This document shows positions 61,717 through 64,000 of a stretch of 64,000 bases of DNA, one piece after another. The notes under the pieces are model-generated. The model did not search any database. It was given only the letters and a program-made list of their open reading frames with translations, and was not told the origin of the DNA. The stretch comes from Candidatus Hodarchaeota archaeon. GTDB lineage: Archaea > Asgardarchaeota > Lokiarchaeia > Sigyniarchaeales > SOKP01. How positions within the stretch are numbered: the first letter of the stretch is position 1; each line of letters opens with the position of its first letter. Location of the stretch: contig JBHLKM010000003.1 of assembly GCA_048886685.1 (NCBI GenBank), forward strand, positions 96,001 to 160,000, read 5' to 3'. Position numbers and translations under genes: made by a program.

Positions 61717-62793
61717 ATGTCAAAAGATAATAAAAAAAAAATTAAATACTGTATTTATTGTGGCACTGATGTCGAAAATAATCAAACTTATTGCCCAAAA
61801 TGCGGTAAATTAATTTTAAAACTTAGCTCAAGTGAAACACCAACAGAACCAAGTTCTATCCATAAACCTGTTTCCACCAAAAAGGTTGAAATTTCGCGTA
61901 AATGTCCTGGTTGTGGATCACTTGTTACCTCGATAATTTTGGATCAGTGTCCAATATGCAATGCCACCTTAGAAAAAATCTCTGAGGTAAAAAAAATTGC
62001 TATCCAAAAAAAGCCAGGATTGATATTTACAGACAAAAAATTAGAGCCTGAACAAAAATTTATACTAAAAAAGGATAGATGGAATTTAAAAGAAGGAATA
62101 AATGTCTTTGGAACATGTATATACATTTTCATAATAGCATATTTTCTTATTTACTTTCTGCTTATTTTTCAAGCGGAAGAGGATTCAATTGAACCAAGTA
62201 TTCAAATTTATATACTAAACCAAATCCCTGAAATATTAATAATTATCTATCCCATATATTATATACTATCTAAAAATCATAGCTTTACAAAATTAGGCTT
62301 TATTAAAAGTCCTAAGAAGATTCTAACAGGAATCCTTATAGGTGCAATAGGAGCGATAAGTTTAATATTAATAAATATTCTTTTCAGTTCTTTAATCAAT
62401 TATTTAGCCGAAGTAGGCTTAGACTTTTTTGATATGGATACAGAGATCAATTTACAAAATCAAATTATTAGAGATGCTGATTTTATTTGGGTATTCATGC
62501 TAATAACATTAATTGCTATGGGGGCGATATCATTAGAATTTGTATATAGAGGTGTACTACATAACACTTTAAAACAGAGATTTCGTAATGATATTTATAC
62601 AATTTTAACCGTTGCAGTAATTTATTCAATTCTTATGCTTTTTATAGCTCCAAATCCTGCCTATTTCCTCTTGAATTTCTTGTTATTTGTAGTTTTAGGA
62701 ATTCTCTGGGAATTATCTAATGGGAACATCTATAGTACTCTCATTGCAAGTGTTTTTTATAATATTCTTTTAATTATATTAATCTATTTTTAG
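61717..62793 (+). CDS. Double zinc-ribbon plus CPBP (Abi/CAAX) family membrane protein with degenerate active site
   Basis: CIYC/CPKC/CPGC/CPIC; TMs; LEFVYRG in place of EExxFRG. Confidence 0.78.
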   Translation: MSKDNKKKIKYCIYCGTDVENNQTYCPKCGKLILKLSSSETPTEPSSIHKPVSTKKVEISRKCPGCGSLVTSIILDQCPICNATLEKISEVKKIAIQKKPGLIFTDKKLEPEQKFILKKDRWNLKEGINVFGTCIYIFIIAYFLIYFLLIFQAEEDSIEPSIQIYILNQIPEILIIIYPIYYILSKNHSFTKLGFIKSPKKILTGILIGAIGAISLILINILFSSLINYLAEVGLDFFDMDTEINLQNQIIRDADFIWVFMLITLIAMGAISLEFVYRGVLHNTLKQRFRNDIYTILTVAVIYSILMLFIAPNPAYFLLNFLLFVVLGILWELSNGNIYSTLIASVFYNILLIILIYF

Positions 62794-62877
62794 TTATAAC
62801 CTTACATTACTCCCTCAATATAAAGTTTTAATAATAAGGAAAATCAATAATAATATCATTAGATAGGAGTAAAAAGA

Positions 62878-63588
62878 TTGAGTAAGACAGTTTACAGAAA
62901 TAAGGGTTCTAAGGATAATATAGTCCTTTCCCTTGCGGGTGTTCATGGAGTAGGTAAAACAACAATCTTCAATCTTTTTAAAAAAACACTCCAAGATAAT
63001 AATAAATTCAAATTTTTTCCTGAAAGATATGTAAAAAAACCACCATTTCCATTTGGTTCTTCGAATAAACAGATTGGTTTTAGAAGTGAACTTCATTTTC
63101 TTCAACAGCTTATTAGAAGAAATCAAAATATCATTAATTTTGATAATAAATATAACGGTAGAATAATAGTATTAGATAGAACCCCTTTATGTGTATTAAT
63201 TTATTCTAAAAGTCTAAATCTTAAAGAAAAAGATTTTAATCTCATTTTAGACACATACAATTCCATTATATGGAAGGAAGATTATATAATTTATTTGACC
63301 GCGAAACCTGACATAATTCTAAAAAGGATAATACAGAGAGGTTCACTTGATAAAATAAGAAGAGAGTGGAATGAGGATGATACTGACTATTTACTAAAAA
63401 TTCTTGCTTATTATAAACAATATTTATCTACTAAAACCAACGTATTTCCTATTAATACAAATGATCTTACTCCTAATGATGTAGTTAATAAAATTAAAAA
63501 AATAATAACAGACTTATCTGATTATTCTTTTGAAAAGATTGCACAATCTCCTACAACTCAAATGAATTTAGATAAATTCATAAAATAG
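62878..63588 (+). CDS. Deoxynucleoside/thymidylate kinase family protein
   Basis: GVHGVGKTT, LDRTP, YL.A......RI..RG lid. Confidence 0.85.
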   Translation: MSKTVYRNKGSKDNIVLSLAGVHGVGKTTIFNLFKKTLQDNNKFKFFPERYVKKPPFPFGSSNKQIGFRSELHFLQQLIRRNQNIINFDNKYNGRIIVLDRTPLCVLIYSKSLNLKEKDFNLILDTYNSIIWKEDYIIYLTAKPDIILKRIIQRGSLDKIRREWNEDDTDYLLKILAYYKQYLSTKTNVFPINTNDLTPNDVVNKIKKIITDLSDYSFEKIAQSPTTQMNLDKFIK

Positions 63589-63685
63589 AATAAAGATAAA
63601 TATATTAAAATGGTCTATCTATTTATACTTAAATCTCAATAAAAAAATCTTATTCGATTCAAATTATCTAGTATAGGAATAATAA

Positions 63686-64000
63686 ATGTCATCAATTGCT
63701 AGTGATATACAAGAAAAAATGATGTACTTGCTAAAGGAAGAAGAGAGTAAAACTGAATTAGAAAATTTGGTAGTCCTTGATAGAGTAGGAATGAAAATTG
63801 CAACCGCATCATCTTCAGAGCTTGATGCAGATGCAACCTCTGCCTCTAGTACTGCTTTAATTGATTTAGGTTTGAGATTAAATCAAGCAACTGATCATGG
63901 CGCTTTAACAGAAATAGTTTTACATAATTCTTCTGGATATAGTATTTTAATGGCAATAAATGATGAATATATCGTTTTTGGTGGATTAAGAGCTGTTGTT
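63686..64000 (+). CDS. Roadblock/LC7 (LAMTOR-like) domain protein, 3' end runs off the window
   Basis: Manual translation MSSIASDIQEKMMYLL...LVVLDRVGMKIATA...DATSASSTALIDLG...GALTEIVLHNSSGYSILMAI. Confidence 0.85.
   Translation, partial: MSSIASDIQEKMMYLLKEEESKTELENLVVLDRVGMKIATASSSELDADATSASSTALIDLGLRLNQATDHGALTEIVLHNSSGYSILMAINDEYIVFGGLRAVV

Noticed and set aside
700-63126. Many short ORFs (60-170 aa) overlapping long genes, e.g. 2392-2901, 19073-19450, 62815-63126
   Set aside because: They are antisense or alternate-frame shadows of well-supported genes and carry no motifs.
1-64000. Selenocysteine or other stop-codon readthrough
   Set aside because: The recognisable TGA-ending genes appear complete at their stops, and the FrhB-like gene has no internal TGA. 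The 61365-61565 fragment also contains a TAA, which fits decay rather than recoding.
1-64000. Mobile elements, prophage or defence island
   Set aside because: No transposase, integrase, capsid, cas or restriction genes were recognised, and composition looks uniform.

Overview
AT-rich archaeal chromosomal window whose gene content points to an Asgard archaeon, most likely Lokiarchaeia. It mixes H4MPT/methanofuran C1 enzymes (ftr, mtd, mch), a glycine cleavage operon, purine salvage, glycogen and peptide catabolism, and information-processing genes (GlyRS, RecJ/Cdc45-like, XPD, beta-CASP RNase, L35Ae). It also carries many eukaryotic-signature proteins: Snf7/ESCRT-III, a steadiness-box-like multidomain protein, Rag-like and Rab-like GTPases, a roadblock protein, presenilin and secernin-like peptidases. 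I found no rRNA, tRNA, CRISPR array or mobile element. Main leads: (1) at least three conserved genes lack any ATG/GTG/TTG start that would keep their N-terminal motifs and appear to start at ATT/ATC/ATA; (2) a Zn-finger/PH-like/QN-rich/steadiness-box protein lies two genes from Snf7; (3) a degenerate FrhB-like protein sits behind a palindromic operator; (4) a nucleoside/nucleotide kinase ends in a PIP-box-like tail; (5) a CPBP-family protein appears catalytically dead; (6) candidate structured leaders precede gcvT and glycogen synthase. All calls come from reading the sequence and recalling motifs; no searches were run.
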